Shown piece after piece: positions 1 through 10,543 of a stretch of DNA of 64,000 bases. The notes below the pieces were generated by a model. That model ran no database searches. It saw only the letters and a list, made by a program, of their open reading frames with translations, and was not told the DNA's origin. The DNA is taken from the IMG/VR virus record IMGVR_UViG_3300010885_044958, positions 32,001-96,000 of that record, one strand, 5' to 3'. The translations under genes were made by a program, and so were the position numbers. How positions within the stretch are numbered: position 1 is the first letter of the stretch; the number at the start of each line of letters is the position of its first letter. Source of the DNA: a virus.

Positions 1-2
1 AA

Positions 3-2279
3 GTTGCTTACGATGCTGCTTACGATAAGTTTAAACAAAATATAGAAAATAGTGTATTATCTGCGGCAGAAAAGAAAAAACGCATTGAAAACTATAAAAA
101 AAGATTTAATGTAAAATCTGGTGGCACTAACAGATACGCTTGGCAAAATAAAAGAAACTTTTTTTTAAAACCAAAAGCAGAATTTAAAAGCAAAGAGTAT
201 AATATAATTAATGATAATCCAGAAATAAAAGAAATATTTGAAGGCACCTTTAAATTAGTCCATGATAAAGCAGTAGAACTTGGGTTAGTAAAGCCAGGTG
301 CAAGTATGTTTAAAATATTTGAAGGATTAGAAGCAACAGATGAAGAACTAATAGCTAGAGGAATTCCTAATAAAAAGTCTTTATTAGATAGATTGCGTGT
401 GCAAGATGAAGAATTAAATCGTATACATGATATAGATCCAATTACTAGTCAGTTAGTTAGACGATTACTTCAACCTAAATTAACTAATGCGGAAGTTTCA
501 ACTGTAAATCCATTTGAAGGCACATTAAGATTATATGAACAACTACTTCAATATGAAAAGAAAAATCAATCTGAAGGTATGTTGTTGGATTTTATAACTA
601 AAGAAGAAGCTCGTAAATTATTACATACTAATAAATTTGGCAGGTCTTCTAATAAATTAGGTAAAGAAAATCCTCCAATAGAAAATGTAAAAAACCTTGC
701 GCTTTTAAAACAAAATATTGATTATTATCTTTACGGATTAGAACCTAATGTAAAAGATAAAGAAATAAACATTCCTTTCTTAGGTACATTTAGTGCTACA
801 AAATTTGGTGGTGCAATTGTAGATATGTTTACTCTAAGCAAACTTGGTTGGAATCCTAAATCAGGTTTATCAAACGCTGTGGGTGGTTTAATACAGGCAC
901 ATTCTAGATATGGGAAATTGCTTTTAAAAGCATGTGAGTTACTACTCAGACGAGATATAAAGTTACTTGATTTGATGGATTACTTTAATTATAAATTAGG
1001 GGAACATGCTGCTTTAGAACAATTAGATTTAACGGGTATTCCTTTTTATAGAAAAGTCAATATAGATAATATTAAAGATCTATTAATGATTCAAATGCAC
1101 ATAACAGAAAATTTTGTGCAAGCTGCTATTTTTACAGCAGAAGCAATGCGGAATATGTTGAATGAAAAAGGACAAATTGTTACTATTGAAGCCTATGTAA
1201 AAACTAAACCAGAATTTCAAAAACTATTTGACTTAAATACCCCACAAGTTGAAAAAGATAAATTAGAGGCAAAGGCAGACGAAGAAATAGCCGCTTTAAG
1301 AAAAACACACAATATTGCAGCAATTAGTGAAAAAAGCGAAGATGGTTCAATACACTTTACAAATCCTCTAACTGGTAAAGAAGAAGATTTAAATAAAACT
1401 GAAGAGGGCGATCTTAACTCGGAAAAAGTCAAATTTGAAAATAGAGTAAAAGATGAAAGTAAAAATGCACTTGGTACAGCAGATAGTGCAGACAGAACTG
1501 GCTCACACGGTTCGTTCTTAGTAAAACTTATTTCTAATTTTAGAAGGTGGATTACTGATATAATTAAAGCTAAATTTGGGCATATAGAACATAGCGCAAT
1601 TCACGATAAAATGATTGAGGGCTATTGGAGACATTTTGCACATCAGTTTACTAAAGAAGAATTTCTTCCAATGCTAAAACATTTGTTAAATAATTTAACA
1701 GGTGGTGGATTTACTACTAGCATGAATGAATCTGCAAAAAGACAATATGAAAAATTAAAAGAAAAAGCAACTCAAGAAGGCAATATTTTTGATATTCATG
1801 GCAATCCGTTTGGTGTAACTTACGAGCAATTCGCAATGCACCACAGAGACATGTTAGGTAGAACATTTAGAGATATAGGCGCAATATTAATCACTTTAGC
1901 TCTTTTAACAGCAATAAATGCTATTGCTGCAAATGAAGATGATGCCGATGCAAAATACAGAGATATTTATGTGTCTAGATATTTTCAAAAATTCTACAAC
2001 GAGACAAGCTTTTGGTTTGACCCGCGTGAATTTAAACAATTAATGGGTAATTCTGTACCTGCAATAGGATTGTTTTCAGATTTATATCGTGCAATAGCAA
2101 GTGCTATTAGTTATTCTCATAACTTTTTAACAGGAGATGAAGAAGCTATGGAAAAGAAGCATCCTCTAAAAAATACCTTGAGACTATTCCCTTTTGGTAG
2201 CACTGCAATGGATTTATTATCAATAGACCCAGATATTCGTGAAGCATTGGGTACTAAACCAGGAATAATTAGATTTTAA
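3..2279 (+). CDS. C-terminal part of a very large virion/cargo-type protein (5' truncated by the window edge)
   Basis: The frame is open from position 3 through the listed Met at 306 to TAA at 2279. Helical, with a hydrophobic segment near the C-terminus. Resembles the ends of giant phage structural/ejected proteins (inference). Confidence 0.55.
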   Translation, partial: VAYDAAYDKFKQNIENSVLSAAEKKKRIENYKKRFNVKSGGTNRYAWQNKRNFFLKPKAEFKSKEYNIINDNPEIKEIFEGTFKLVHDKAVELGLVKPGASMFKIFEGLEATDEELIARGIPNKKSLLDRLRVQDEELNRIHDIDPITSQLVRRLLQPKLTNAEVSTVNPFEGTLRLYEQLLQYEKKNQSEGMLLDFITKEEARKLLHTNKFGRSSNKLGKENPPIENVKNLALLKQNIDYYLYGLEPNVKDKEINIPFLGTFSATKFGGAIVDMFTLSKLGWNPKSGLSNAVGGLIQAHSRYGKLLLKACELLLRRDIKLLDLMDYFNYKLGEHAALEQLDLTGIPFYRKVNIDNIKDLLMIQMHITENFVQAAIFTAEAMRNMLNEKGQIVTIEAYVKTKPEFQKLFDLNTPQVEKDKLEAKADEEIAALRKTHNIAAISEKSEDGSIHFTNPLTGKEEDLNKTEEGDLNSEKVKFENRVKDESKNALGTADSADRTGSHGSFLVKLISNFRRWITDIIKAKFGHIEHSAIHDKMIEGYWRHFAHQFTKEEFLPMLKHLLNNLTGGGFTTSMNESAKRQYEKLKEKATQEGNIFDIHGNPFGVTYEQFAMHHRDMLGRTFRDIGAILITLALLTAINAIAANEDDADAKYRDIYVSRYFQKFYNETSFWFDPREFKQLMGNSVPAIGLFSDLYRAIASAISYSHNFLTGDEEAMEKKHPLKNTLRLFPFGSTAMDLLSIDPDIREALGTKPGIIRF

Positions 2280-2311
2280 TTTGTTTATTTCAGAATAATT
2301 CTTTATCTTTG
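2280..2311 (+). promoter_or_regulatory. Bacteroidetes-type primary sigma promoter
   Basis: TTTG at 2280 and TATCTTTG at 2304 match the -33 TTTG / -7 TAnnTTTG consensus. Confidence 0.75.
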
Positions 2312-2332
2312 TGTCTTAAAACCAATAATAAT

Positions 2333-2761
2333 ATGACTGATTACAAGACAATGTTTCTTACTAAGGCAACACAACGACTTAGAGATGGTGGATCAATGGC
2401 AACATTTCGACTTATTCCACTAACTGCCGATGCCCCGTTTTTGGCAGGAGAATTTGATACTACTCGAAATGTTCTAGTACTTTTATCTAAAGAAAAAAAG
2501 GGTGAATTGCAATCTATCCCTGCAATAACCGAAGCAGGAGATTATAAAGTGACAAAGACAAACAAACCTGTAATTGAAAGGCGAACTATCGACGAGTGGT
2601 TTGAAATTCACGTGGATAATATAGAGTCAATAGTTTCTTTTATTAAAACTATAGCTGTAAATGGAGATGATTCGAGCATCTATATGCCGTATCTCAGCCA
2701 GATCATACCGACTGTAAAAGGTGAAATGGAAAAGCCCAAGTCTTTAATCCTCGAAGCCTAA
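2333..2761 (+). CDS. hypothetical phage protein
   Basis: ORF track 2309..2761; the ATG at 2333 after an A-rich tract, downstream of the promoter, is the likelier start. Confidence 0.6.
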   Translation: MTDYKTMFLTKATQRLRDGGSMATFRLIPLTADAPFLAGEFDTTRNVLVLLSKEKKGELQSIPAITEAGDYKVTKTNKPVIERRTIDEWFEIHVDNIESIVSFIKTIAVNGDDSSIYMPYLSQIIPTVKGEMEKPKSLILEA

Positions 2762-2845
2762 ATAATTACCCCTTCCTCTAGATTAGTACCATTAGAGCAA
2801 TCTTTTGGTACTTTTTTATGTCCTTAAAAATGCTTATATTTTAGT

Positions 2846-3508
2846 ATGAAATACTTAGTAATAGTTCTTGGGATAATTATATTATTGCTTTGTGGAGTAA
2901 TTATATATAAAAATCATCAATATAATAAATTGCAAGTGCAAACTACTGAAAAGCCAATTTTTGCGCCAGTTTTGCAAAAATCTGATAAAAATGGCAATAA
3001 TTATGTAGAAATTAAGCAAACACTTTATACTCAAGACCAAATGAATAAAGTCACGGATAGCCTTAGACGTGTTTATAAATCTGGAAAAATCGTTGGGCAA
3101 GTACAAATAGTTACAAAACTAGATACAATTTCCCAGATTATACCAATTTATATCCATGATACTTTAATTACTGTTGTAGACAGCAACAGGTATATAAAAC
3201 AATCATTTCAAGGCAATCTAAACACTAATTCAGGGCAATTTCACTTAGATCTTACTAACGATACAATGACCTATATAGATGCCGTTAAGTACCGTATATT
3301 TAAGGCAAATGAGCATAATATTATCATAAATCATAGCAACCCGTATTTATCTACGATTTCTGGCAATGCAATAAAACTAAAAGAAAAAAAAGTTCAAGCG
3401 GTTTTTGGTCCATATTTTGGATTTGGCTACTCACCTATGAGTAACAGATTAGAACCAACTTTAGGGTTATCATTAACATATAATTTAATTTCAATTTATA
3501 AAAAATAA
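2846..3508 (+). CDS. membrane-anchored, putative spanin-like lysis protein
   Basis: N-terminal TM helix and a C-terminal amphipathic beta hairpin (GPYFGFGY...LGLSLTYNL). Confidence 0.45.
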   Translation: MKYLVIVLGIIILLLCGVIIYKNHQYNKLQVQTTEKPIFAPVLQKSDKNGNNYVEIKQTLYTQDQMNKVTDSLRRVYKSGKIVGQVQIVTKLDTISQIIPIYIHDTLITVVDSNRYIKQSFQGNLNTNSGQFHLDLTNDTMTYIDAVKYRIFKANEHNIIINHSNPYLSTISGNAIKLKEKKVQAVFGPYFGFGYSPMSNRLEPTLGLSLTYNLISIYKK

Positions 3509-3511
3509 ATC

Positions 3512-3916
3512 ATGGCGTATCAAATACCAAAATCAACAATCTCTACCCCAGACCTAGACTATTATGCGTCTATGCTCTTTCAGTTACCTACTAAAGTACA
3601 GTTTTGTCATCATTCTACAACATCTTACGCAAGTCATAAAGCCTTGGATAAAACTTATGATGCATTAAATGACCTAAAAGATTCAATTATAGAAAAACTA
3701 ATAGGTTGCATGGGACATAGATATAAAAATCTTAATATGATTTCGTTATCAAGTTATTATGAAGGAATGAATATGCAAGTAGCTGAGGAAATTTGCCAAT
3801 TTGCCAAAAAATTAATGGATTGGTCAGATAAAAACGGTTATTCTGATATAAATAATCTAAGTCAAGAGTATCTCGGAGTGGGATCACAATTGAAATATTT
3901 ACTTACTTTATCCTAG
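3512..3916 (+). CDS. ferritin/Dps-like protein (DUF5856-like)
   Basis: HH-x-T-x-SYASHKALDKTYD...D...E and a terminal LKYLLTL, typical of phage Dps-like four-helix bundles. Confidence 0.7.
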   Translation: MAYQIPKSTISTPDLDYYASMLFQLPTKVQFCHHSTTSYASHKALDKTYDALNDLKDSIIEKLIGCMGHRYKNLNMISLSSYYEGMNMQVAEEICQFAKKLMDWSDKNGYSDINNLSQEYLGVGSQLKYLLTLS

Positions 3917-3918
3917 CA

Positions 3919-3951
3919 TTTGGAAATACCAAATTAATTCGTTATATTTTA
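3919..3951 (+). promoter_or_regulatory. variant promoter TTTG-N20-TATATTTTA
   Basis: Same spacing as the canonical copies; motif recurs elsewhere in the window. Confidence 0.65.
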
Positions 3952-3972
3952 TTATCTAAATAAATACTAACA

Positions 3973-4296
3973 ATGGCTAATCATGAATGTTTAAGGTACT
4001 TCACTCCTAAAGATCCGTCAGGCTGGCCTACATGCGGCCAGATGCAAGGTTTTACAAATAACGTGGCTTTACCTTGTTTAAACAAGGGTTGTGACTTTAT
4101 TGAGTTACCTGCAAAACAAATGACTATTCCAACTGGAAATAAACGCTGTTTTCACCCTCTAGGGTTGCGCTATTTCTACAGAGTTTTAAGAACTACACCA
4201 GTAACTATACAGCCAAATTCATTGGTTTGCGCCTATGATTTTCCAAAAACTCCAAATGACTGCCAATGGTTGGAGTGGTATAAAATATGTATGTAA
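3973..4296 (+). CDS. small Cys-rich protein with an internal LRYF repeat
   Basis: ORF track; two LRYF-initiated halves. Confidence 0.6.
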   Translation: MANHECLRYFTPKDPSGWPTCGQMQGFTNNVALPCLNKGCDFIELPAKQMTIPTGNKRCFHPLGLRYFYRVLRTTPVTIQPNSLVCAYDFPKTPNDCQWLEWYKICM

Positions 4297-4346
4297 ATAA
4301 TTCCCACCACAAATTCTAAGTCTTACTCAAGATTTAAGAATTTAAA

Positions 4347-4396
4347 AAAGATCCAAGCTATCCTTTTAAGGAAATCTGCCTGGATCTTATTTTTTT
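4347..4396 (+). terminator. intrinsic terminator
   Basis: AGATCCA...TGGATCT stem followed by a T-run. Confidence 0.55.
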
Positions 4397-4553
4397 ATTC
4401 AAATAAAATGCACTACATTTGATTTGGAAATACCAGAACTTTTACGTATATTTTATTATACAGGTTCTGATACAACCAACAAAGACATTGCCTTATTTAG
4501 ACTTGATTGGTATCAGCTTTCATTTACTATTTAAGGCTTTTTTATTTTATACC

Positions 4554-5090
4554 ATGCCTAAAAAAATTGAAATTGTTGAAGGTAAAAAATTATGTAGTAA
4601 ATGTAAAGAATGGAAAGAATTGGATAAATTCGGTTTAGATAAAGTTAATTTATCTGGTTATGCTTCTAGATGCAAAAAATGTAGGAGTGAGGATGCAAAT
4701 AAAAAATATATTCCTAAAAAACCCAGAGATAGAATAAGGGTTGATCGTGCTACGCAAAATAAAAAATATAAATATTCTAAAGAAAAACTTCAACAATATA
4801 ATTTATATAAAAAATATAAAATTATTCCTGAACAATATCAAGAAATGCTCAATCAACAAAATCATTGTTGTGCAATATGCAAAAAACCTGAAAATTCTAC
4901 TAACTCTACAAATGAATGTAAAGCATTAGCAGTTGATCATGATCATGATACAGGAGAAAATAGAGGACTGCTGTGTCAAAAATGTAATACTGCTTTAGGT
5001 TCTTTCAAAGATTCTATAGAAAATTTAAAAGAAGCCATAAAATATTTGGAATATTGGCAAAACAATAGTAATTTTACAAACAATATATAA
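4554..5090 (+). CDS. Endonuclease VII-family (recombination endonuclease VII-like) homing endonuclease
   Basis: CAIC...LAVDHDHDTGENRGLLCQKCNTALG motif and an N-terminal CxxC...CxxC zinc finger. Start moved to ATG 4554, after the promoter at 4423-4455 and its leader. Confidence 0.85.
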   Translation: MPKKIEIVEGKKLCSKCKEWKELDKFGLDKVNLSGYASRCKKCRSEDANKKYIPKKPRDRIRVDRATQNKKYKYSKEKLQQYNLYKKYKIIPEQYQEMLNQQNHCCAICKKPENSTNSTNECKALAVDHDHDTGENRGLLCQKCNTALGSFKDSIENLKEAIKYLEYWQNNSNFTNNI

Positions 5091-5109
5091 AAACTAAATC
5101 AATAAAAAT

Positions 5110-5415
5110 ATGCCAGAACAATTACAAACAATTCCCAAGATTAATGCTGATGCCCAAATTAAGATGACTTTAGATTACAACGATTCAGGTAGTGTAGCTA
5201 CGGCAGTGTATGTGATCAGTAAATTTTGGAAAGACAATAATCCTGAAAAACTTGAAGAACTCAAGAGATTACTTGAAAACAAAGAGCCTATAACCGAGAT
5301 AGAGCATCATACTTTGCTTTGCCTAGACTTGCTCTACAAAAAAATAGTAAAAGCAGCCAAAGATCAAGGCATGACTACAGAAATCGAGTTAAAAGATGCA
5401 TTTTCTACTTTTTAA
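5110..5415 (+). CDS. hypothetical protein (last gene of the + block)
   Basis: ORF track; converges on the - strand block. Confidence 0.6.
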   Translation: MPEQLQTIPKINADAQIKMTLDYNDSGSVATAVYVISKFWKDNNPEKLEELKRLLENKEPITEIEHHTLLCLDLLYKKIVKAAKDQGMTTEIELKDAFSTF

Positions 5416-5669
5416 TCTTCTTCAAAGAAAGATACAATATCTAAAAAATCATTGTCAATTACATCATCTAAAGCTATAGGATCAATTCTTGTAGCTTTTT
5501 TTTGTTCCCCATCCATAAGGACTGAATCACTAAAAGCTTCATTATCAAAATAGCCCATATCCATTGCGATTAAATTTTCTATTTCTTCTGCAAATTGGTC
5601 ATCGGGCATTTCAAAAAAGAAACTGCTAGGAAAATTTACGACCTTGCCTGTAGGTAAACTGAATTTCAA
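5412..5669 (-). CDS. acidic hypothetical protein
   Basis: ORF track; TATATTTG -7 box upstream at 5692-5699 (- strand). Confidence 0.55.
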   Translation of the reverse strand: MKFSLPTGKVVNFPSSFFFEMPDDQFAEEIENLIAMDMGYFDNEAFSDSVLMDGEQKKATRIDPIALDDVIDNDFLDIVSFFEED

Positions 5670-5713
5670 TTTGTGTATTGTTTAGTTACTACAAATATAC
5701 GAATTTCTGAATA

Positions 5714-6834
5714 CTAACCAAATGCCTCGGTTTCTTGAAATTTTAAAGCTTTTACTGCATTTATAGATTCTCGTCCTGCTTTGTTGTGGTAGAGTATCTT
5801 TATAATAAGATCTAATTGAGAATTTCCCATTTTCTCAATTTTAGATGCATCCTTCTCACAAAATTTTCTGTATTCTCCTAATTGATGCTTAAACTGTTTA
5901 TTTTCAGATTTAATTCTAGTATTTTCAGCCTTTAACTGAACAAACTTGTCCAACAAATCATAATAGAGATCTTCTCTTAATTCTTTTACTTTAGATTCTG
6001 TATACATATTAAGTATCTTTTATATTCCATAACATTTCATTCTGTTTTTCTTGCATTTTATCTCCAAGATCTGCCCACAATCCAATTTCTTTTACTGTTG
6101 TAAATCCAGGTTGATAACCCACATCTCCATGTCTTACCATGCAACAACCTTCTTCTTTACCTATAAATTCACCTCTTCGCCATGCATTACATAACTCAGA
6201 CATTGTAGGATATTTAAGAATTGGCTTTTCTTCTATTACATAGTAACAAAATTTAATACATTCTTCTAGAGTTGGTTTATTTACATGTTGCGTTGCCACT
6301 GTAAAAATTTGCCAACTACCATCTCTTTGTTTTTCAAATTTTGGTTCATGTTCTTTTATGAATTCTAATAATTTATTTTTTCTGGTTGCCATATAAATAA
6401 TCTGTAGCTTCTTTTCTTCCTTCTGGGTCACTAACCCATTCTGTCATACCAACTAACCTACATTCTTTAGGTATTCTTTGTACAGGGGTACCTCTTTCAG
6501 TAGTTCTACCAAATGCAACTACCGGACTGCAAACTAGATATTTTAGAATTTGTATTACTGTCCAAGGTTTTTTCATTACATAATTTGTACTATTTGGTGG
6601 AATTCCAATACCCCAGTAATATAATTTTTCTTTATTATTATTTACATTTTCTCGTTCTTCAAATTTTACCCAAAGATAATCCTCACTACCAAATATTCCA
6701 GTTGGTGCTTCGTGATAAAACGGATCATTAAATTCTACTTTACCTATTAAAATCCAATTTTCTGTAAATCTGTCGCGCATCATTTGAAGATATTCTTCTT
6801 CATTTTCTGGTCTTTTATATTTCTTATCTTCCAT
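5714..6834 (-). CDS. three hypothetical proteins (5714-6007, 6009-6431, 6373-6834)
   Basis: Tightly packed co-directional ORFs with no recognisable motifs. Confidence 0.55.
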
Positions 6835-6843
6835 ATAAACATT

Positions 6844-7278
6844 TTACTTTTCATACTCCCAATTTTGCTGGTACGCAGATAACTCCTGCCCACATAACTT
6901 GTAATAATCATTAACCATTTGAATTATAGAATTATTCCCTTGCATATTTAAGCCATGTACTACTACTTGATTTAGAAAAATCTTATTAGCAATTGCAAAC
7001 TCAATGAGAGCTTTGGACACATGGAGGCCGGTATCAGCCTTAAACATTTCATATTCTATCTTTCTTCCGGCAGGTCTACGAAGTTCTAAAGAAATGTGTT
7101 CATCCGTTAAATCGTGATTTATTGATACTAGCTTGGGCATCTCACCATGCGTTTTATAAAAGTCTACCAAACCCATTTTAAAATTTTCTAGGTTCGGCAA
7201 ATATAACCACGTACTCAGATTCTTCGGTAAAATAGGAAGCTTTTTACTTCCATCAATATAGAAACCAATTGTGTTCAT
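6844..7278 (-). CDS. cyclic-phosphate-processing receiver-like domain protein
   Basis: Motif order YID...SINHDL...TG...HGLNxxG matches the sxDHDL / G / HSxN pattern, with D replaced by N. Confidence 0.6.
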   Translation of the reverse strand: MNTIGFYIDGSKKLPILPKNLSTWLYLPNLENFKMGLVDFYKTHGEMPKLVSINHDLTDEHISLELRRPAGRKIEYEMFKADTGLHVSKALIEFAIANKIFLNQVVVHGLNMQGNNSIIQMVNDYYKLCGQELSAYQQNWEYEK

Positions 7279-7519
7279 ATTTTCTTAGATTTTAATTTCT
7301 CTTGTGCCCACGGCTCATTAACGTCTGACGAATGCACTGTGAATTGATAAGGCTCTTTATTTCTTTCATCTATTATATCTTGCATTTCATCTTCTACTTT
7401 AGACTTCAAATCACGATTTAAAAATGCTTGAAATTCTGGCGTATAAGTCGCACTTCCAGTCATACTAGTAGCTATTTTAACAAGATGTTTTGTATATTCG
7501 TCTCCTTCTTGTGTTATAT

Positions 7520-8374
7520 TCATAAAAATCTTTGTTTAAAATCTTGGAAATTTAAAATGCGTTTGTATCCAACATCATATCTACGATTATGTAATGCATC
7601 CATCAAAAATGTGCAAATACCATTTTTATTAAGATCTACATAATTCTCCCATCTATCGTCAATAAACCAAGTAAGACCAGATGCCTTTGCAATTTCTACT
7701 TTAGATTCTCCTACACCAACTGTATAAACAGGAACACTGGGAAATCCATTCATTTGCAACCATTCTTTGGTCCATTCATTAGGTATTGATCGGCTGGTAA
7801 TATAGCAGTGGGGTTCAAATCCTAATTCTTTAGGTTCAATTTTCTTAGGTATTGTTAACCAAAATTCTTTATTATCTTTTAATAATTCAAATTTTGCGCC
7901 AATATCTTTATCAAAATTCCAAAATTCTGGAATATCTTGAGAATGATATCTAGTCCAATGTCCAAGCCAATCTGCAATTACTTCATCTATATCAAGACCT
8001 ATTTTGGGTTTCGGTAAAAATGTGTGTAGCCTATCATCTCCTTGCGGATAATATTTGTAGTAAGATATTATACCAAGACAATTCCATGCTGCATGTGCCA
8101 TGTGTAGAAGATTCGTATGATTTTTACATGTTCCCTCTTGACATTCTTTACAATTAGGATCAAAATCATAGTCTTCTCCTTTTTCAAATGCCGCAATATG
8201 CCTTTTTAAAGATGCAAGCATTTTAGACCATTCCATACCTTTAAGCCAGTTGAATGGCGCATATTTCTCAGCTCCTTTACTAAAAACTTTAACAACTTGT
8301 TCTATTGCATATGGTTCAAGTAAATCATACTTTATTTTTTCAGAATTAAATCGCAATGCCTTTTCTTCGCTCAT
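7520..8374 (-). CDS. dATP/dGTP diphosphohydrolase (DUF5664-like) fused to a HAD 5'-nucleotidase-like domain
   Basis: N-terminal GAEKYAPFNWLKG...SLKRH...HMAHAAWN; C-terminal HAD motifs LDIDEVIAD, ITSR and FIDDRWEN. Confidence 0.8.
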   Translation of the reverse strand: MSEEKALRFNSEKIKYDLLEPYAIEQVVKVFSKGAEKYAPFNWLKGMEWSKMLASLKRHIAAFEKGEDYDFDPNCKECQEGTCKNHTNLLHMAHAAWNCLGIISYYKYYPQGDDRLHTFLPKPKIGLDIDEVIADWLGHWTRYHSQDIPEFWNFDKDIGAKFELLKDNKEFWLTIPKKIEPKELGFEPHCYITSRSIPNEWTKEWLQMNGFPSVPVYTVGVGESKVEIAKASGLTWFIDDRWENYVDLNKNGICTFLMDALHNRRYDVGYKRILNFQDFKQRFL

Positions 8375-8688
8375 ATCTTTCCAACATATTTATCTTCTGC
8401 TAAATATTCAGTAAACTTACCTAATTTATATTTAATTCTATCTTCAACTGCACCTTCGCCAAACATTTTTGATAAAATCCAAATTCTTATCTGTACGTCT
8501 CCAAGTTCCTCAATTATTGCAGAAACATTTGGTTCTTTTGGTCCGCCTTCCTTCAAAACTTTTTTCATCAAGACCTCGGCAAGTTCTAAACATTCCTCCA
8601 CACATTTTTCAAGATTATATCTTTTAGAATTAGTAGTTAAAATTGTTTCTAATAATACAGTGTTATTTTCATATTCTTTTGTTCTCAT
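8371..8688 (-). CDS. MazG-like NTP pyrophosphohydrolase
   Basis: EECLELAE...IIEELGDV (EExxE...EExxD) motif. Confidence 0.75.
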   Translation of the reverse strand: MRTKEYENNTVLLETILTTNSKRYNLEKCVEECLELAEVLMKKVLKEGGPKEPNVSAIIEELGDVQIRIWILSKMFGEGAVEDRIKYKLGKFTEYLAEDKYVGKI

Positions 8689-8972
8689 ATATTGATTTTA
8701 TTTAATTCATTCTCTAAAATTTCTAGCCCTTCGGCAATTCCCAACGATTCTGCTTCAACTCGTGTCGAACATATATCAATAACTATCCCACATATCTCTA
8801 CTAACCAATCAGTTCCCTCTATAGATGTTATTCCTACATAAATCTCTTTAGAATCTAAGAAATAAATGATTGCAGAATTGCTATATATTTCGGCGCATTC
8901 GTTTTTAATAAAATCCAGTAGTAATAAATAGGATTTTGGGTAATTTTCATGTATTTTGTGTGCATTTACCAT
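8685..8972 (-). CDS. hypothetical protein
   Basis: ORF track; ATGA-coupled to the MazG-like gene. Confidence 0.55.
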   Translation of the reverse strand: MVNAHKIHENYPKSYLLLLDFIKNECAEIYSNSAIIYFLDSKEIYVGITSIEGTDWLVEICGIVIDICSTRVEAESLGIAEGLEILENELNKINI

Positions 8973-8983
8973 TCATTTTTAAT

Positions 8984-9985
8984 TTAACTCATTTTCACTA
9001 ATTCTAATACACGATCTCTTATTTCTTGAGTTAATTCTGGGTTATCTTGCATCATTTGTATAAAAACTGGATATTCAAATTTCTCGTCTTTATACGTAAT
9101 AGTTTTGCCCCACTTTTTTAAAATTTCTAAATCGTTTCCAATTCTTATTATCTCGCCTATTTTATCTATGCCTATGCCATATAAAATATCAAATTCACAA
9201 TTTTTAAATGGCGGCGCAACTTTATTTTTAATAACTTTTACTTTAGTAAGATTTCCAAGTATTTCATCACCATTTTTAACTGAATTATCTGATGTAGTAC
9301 TACGTCTAACATCTAATCTAACAGATGCATAGAATTTCAAGGCATTGCCTCCAGGTGTCGTTTCTGGCGAGCCGAACATTACTCCAATTTTCTCGCGTAA
9401 TTGATTAATAAATATTAGTAATGTATTAGTCTTTTTAACAGTTCCTGCAAGTTTTCTACAAGCTTGCCCCATCATTCTTGCCTGCAATCCCATTTTTTGA
9501 GTGCCCATCTCATCTTCTAGTTCAGCTTTTGGAACTAGAGCTGCAACAGAATCTATTAAAACTACATCATAAATACCCGTACTTATTAATTTTTCAGCTA
9601 CTTCAAGACCCTGCTCACCAAATTCTGGCTGATTAATATCTAATCTAGATAAATCTACGCCTAATTTTGCAGCATATTCCATATCAAATGCGTGTTCTGC
9701 ATCTACAATAGCACATAATACATCTGGATCTTTTTGAGCTTCTGCAATTGTATGTATTGCAAGTGTTGTCTTTCCTGATGATTCTGGACCATATATTTCA
9801 ATAATTCTACCTCGTGGTAACCCACCTATACCTAATGCTATATCAAGCCCAAGAGAGCCTGTAGAAATTGATTCTATGTCCATATCACCTCTATCTGACA
9901 GAGACATTACTGTACCTTTACCAAAATCTTTATCCAAAGATGTCTTCACTGCAATACGTGCCTTTGTCTTTTCCTCTAAATTCAT
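8984..9985 (-). CDS. recA: RecA recombinase
   Basis: [66 protein letters not shown]. Confidence 0.97.
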   Translation of the reverse strand: MNLEEKTKARIAVKTSLDKDFGKGTVMSLSDRGDMDIESISTGSLGLDIALGIGGLPRGRIIEIYGPESSGKTTLAIHTIAEAQKDPDVLCAIVDAEHAFDMEYAAKLGVDLSRLDINQPEFGEQGLEVAEKLISTGIYDVVLIDSVAALVPKAELEDEMGTQKMGLQARMMGQACRKLAGTVKKTNTLLIFINQLREKIGVMFGSPETTPGGNALKFYASVRLDVRRSTTSDNSVKNGDEILGNLTKVKVIKNKVAPPFKNCEFDILYGIGIDKIGEIIRIGNDLEILKKWGKTITYKDEKFEYPVFIQMMQDNPELTQEIRDRVLELVKMS

Positions 9986-10222
9986 AATTAAATATTTTAG
10001 ACAAAATTACGAAATTATTTACGCAATTCCATCTAAAATATCATATTTATGTTTGTATTATAGACCTAATTCGTCTAGCCAGCATCTCAGAGTACTTGTC
10101 CAATGCATTTTTTAGATGTACTAATTCTGTTATATTTAATTCTTTTATTTCTTGCATTTCTGGTAAAATTATATTTGGCAATTCATCCATATTGTTGTAT
10201 TTTTGTAATAAATAATTATTGT

Positions 10223-10495
10223 ATGAAAAAAATAAAGCAAGTACCATTTTTTCAGGCAGACCAAATCTTTGAAATCACGGCAGATGAAATGGAAACTATA
10301 TTGACAGTTCTAAATAAACTACCTAAGCAGATCTATTTCATGGAACACCTCATAAGTCGTTTCATTGATTTAGGTCAGATAGAAATCGCTTATCAAGATC
10401 AATATGGAAATCCAGCTACTCAAAAAGATCTAATAGATTATTTAAAATCTTCTTTAGATTCTATTAGTGAAGAAAGTATTGAGCCTGAGATATAA
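10223..10495 (+). CDS. hypothetical protein, lone + strand gene
   Basis: ATG 10223 (MKKIKQVP) within track ORF 10103..10495; ends at a bidirectional terminator. Confidence 0.5.
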   Translation: MKKIKQVPFFQADQIFEITADEMETILTVLNKLPKQIYFMEHLISRFIDLGQIEIAYQDQYGNPATQKDLIDYLKSSLDSISEESIEPEI

Positions 10496-10543
10496 AAAAA
10501 AAGGGATGCACTTGTTATAAATGCATCCCGATTTTTATTTTTT
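10494..10543. terminator. bidirectional intrinsic terminator
   Basis: A-run, GGGATGCA/TGCATCCC stem, T-run, between convergent genes. Confidence 0.75.

Noticed and set aside
4419-4553. N-terminal extensions in the ORF track for the nucleases at 4419, 15750 and 41167
   Set aside because: They overlap promoter and leader/terminator sequences; the downstream ATGs fit the domain starts better.
7520-8374. Firm call of a Z-genome or 7-deazaguanine DNA modification system
   Set aside because: No biosynthetic genes for either base are present in this window.
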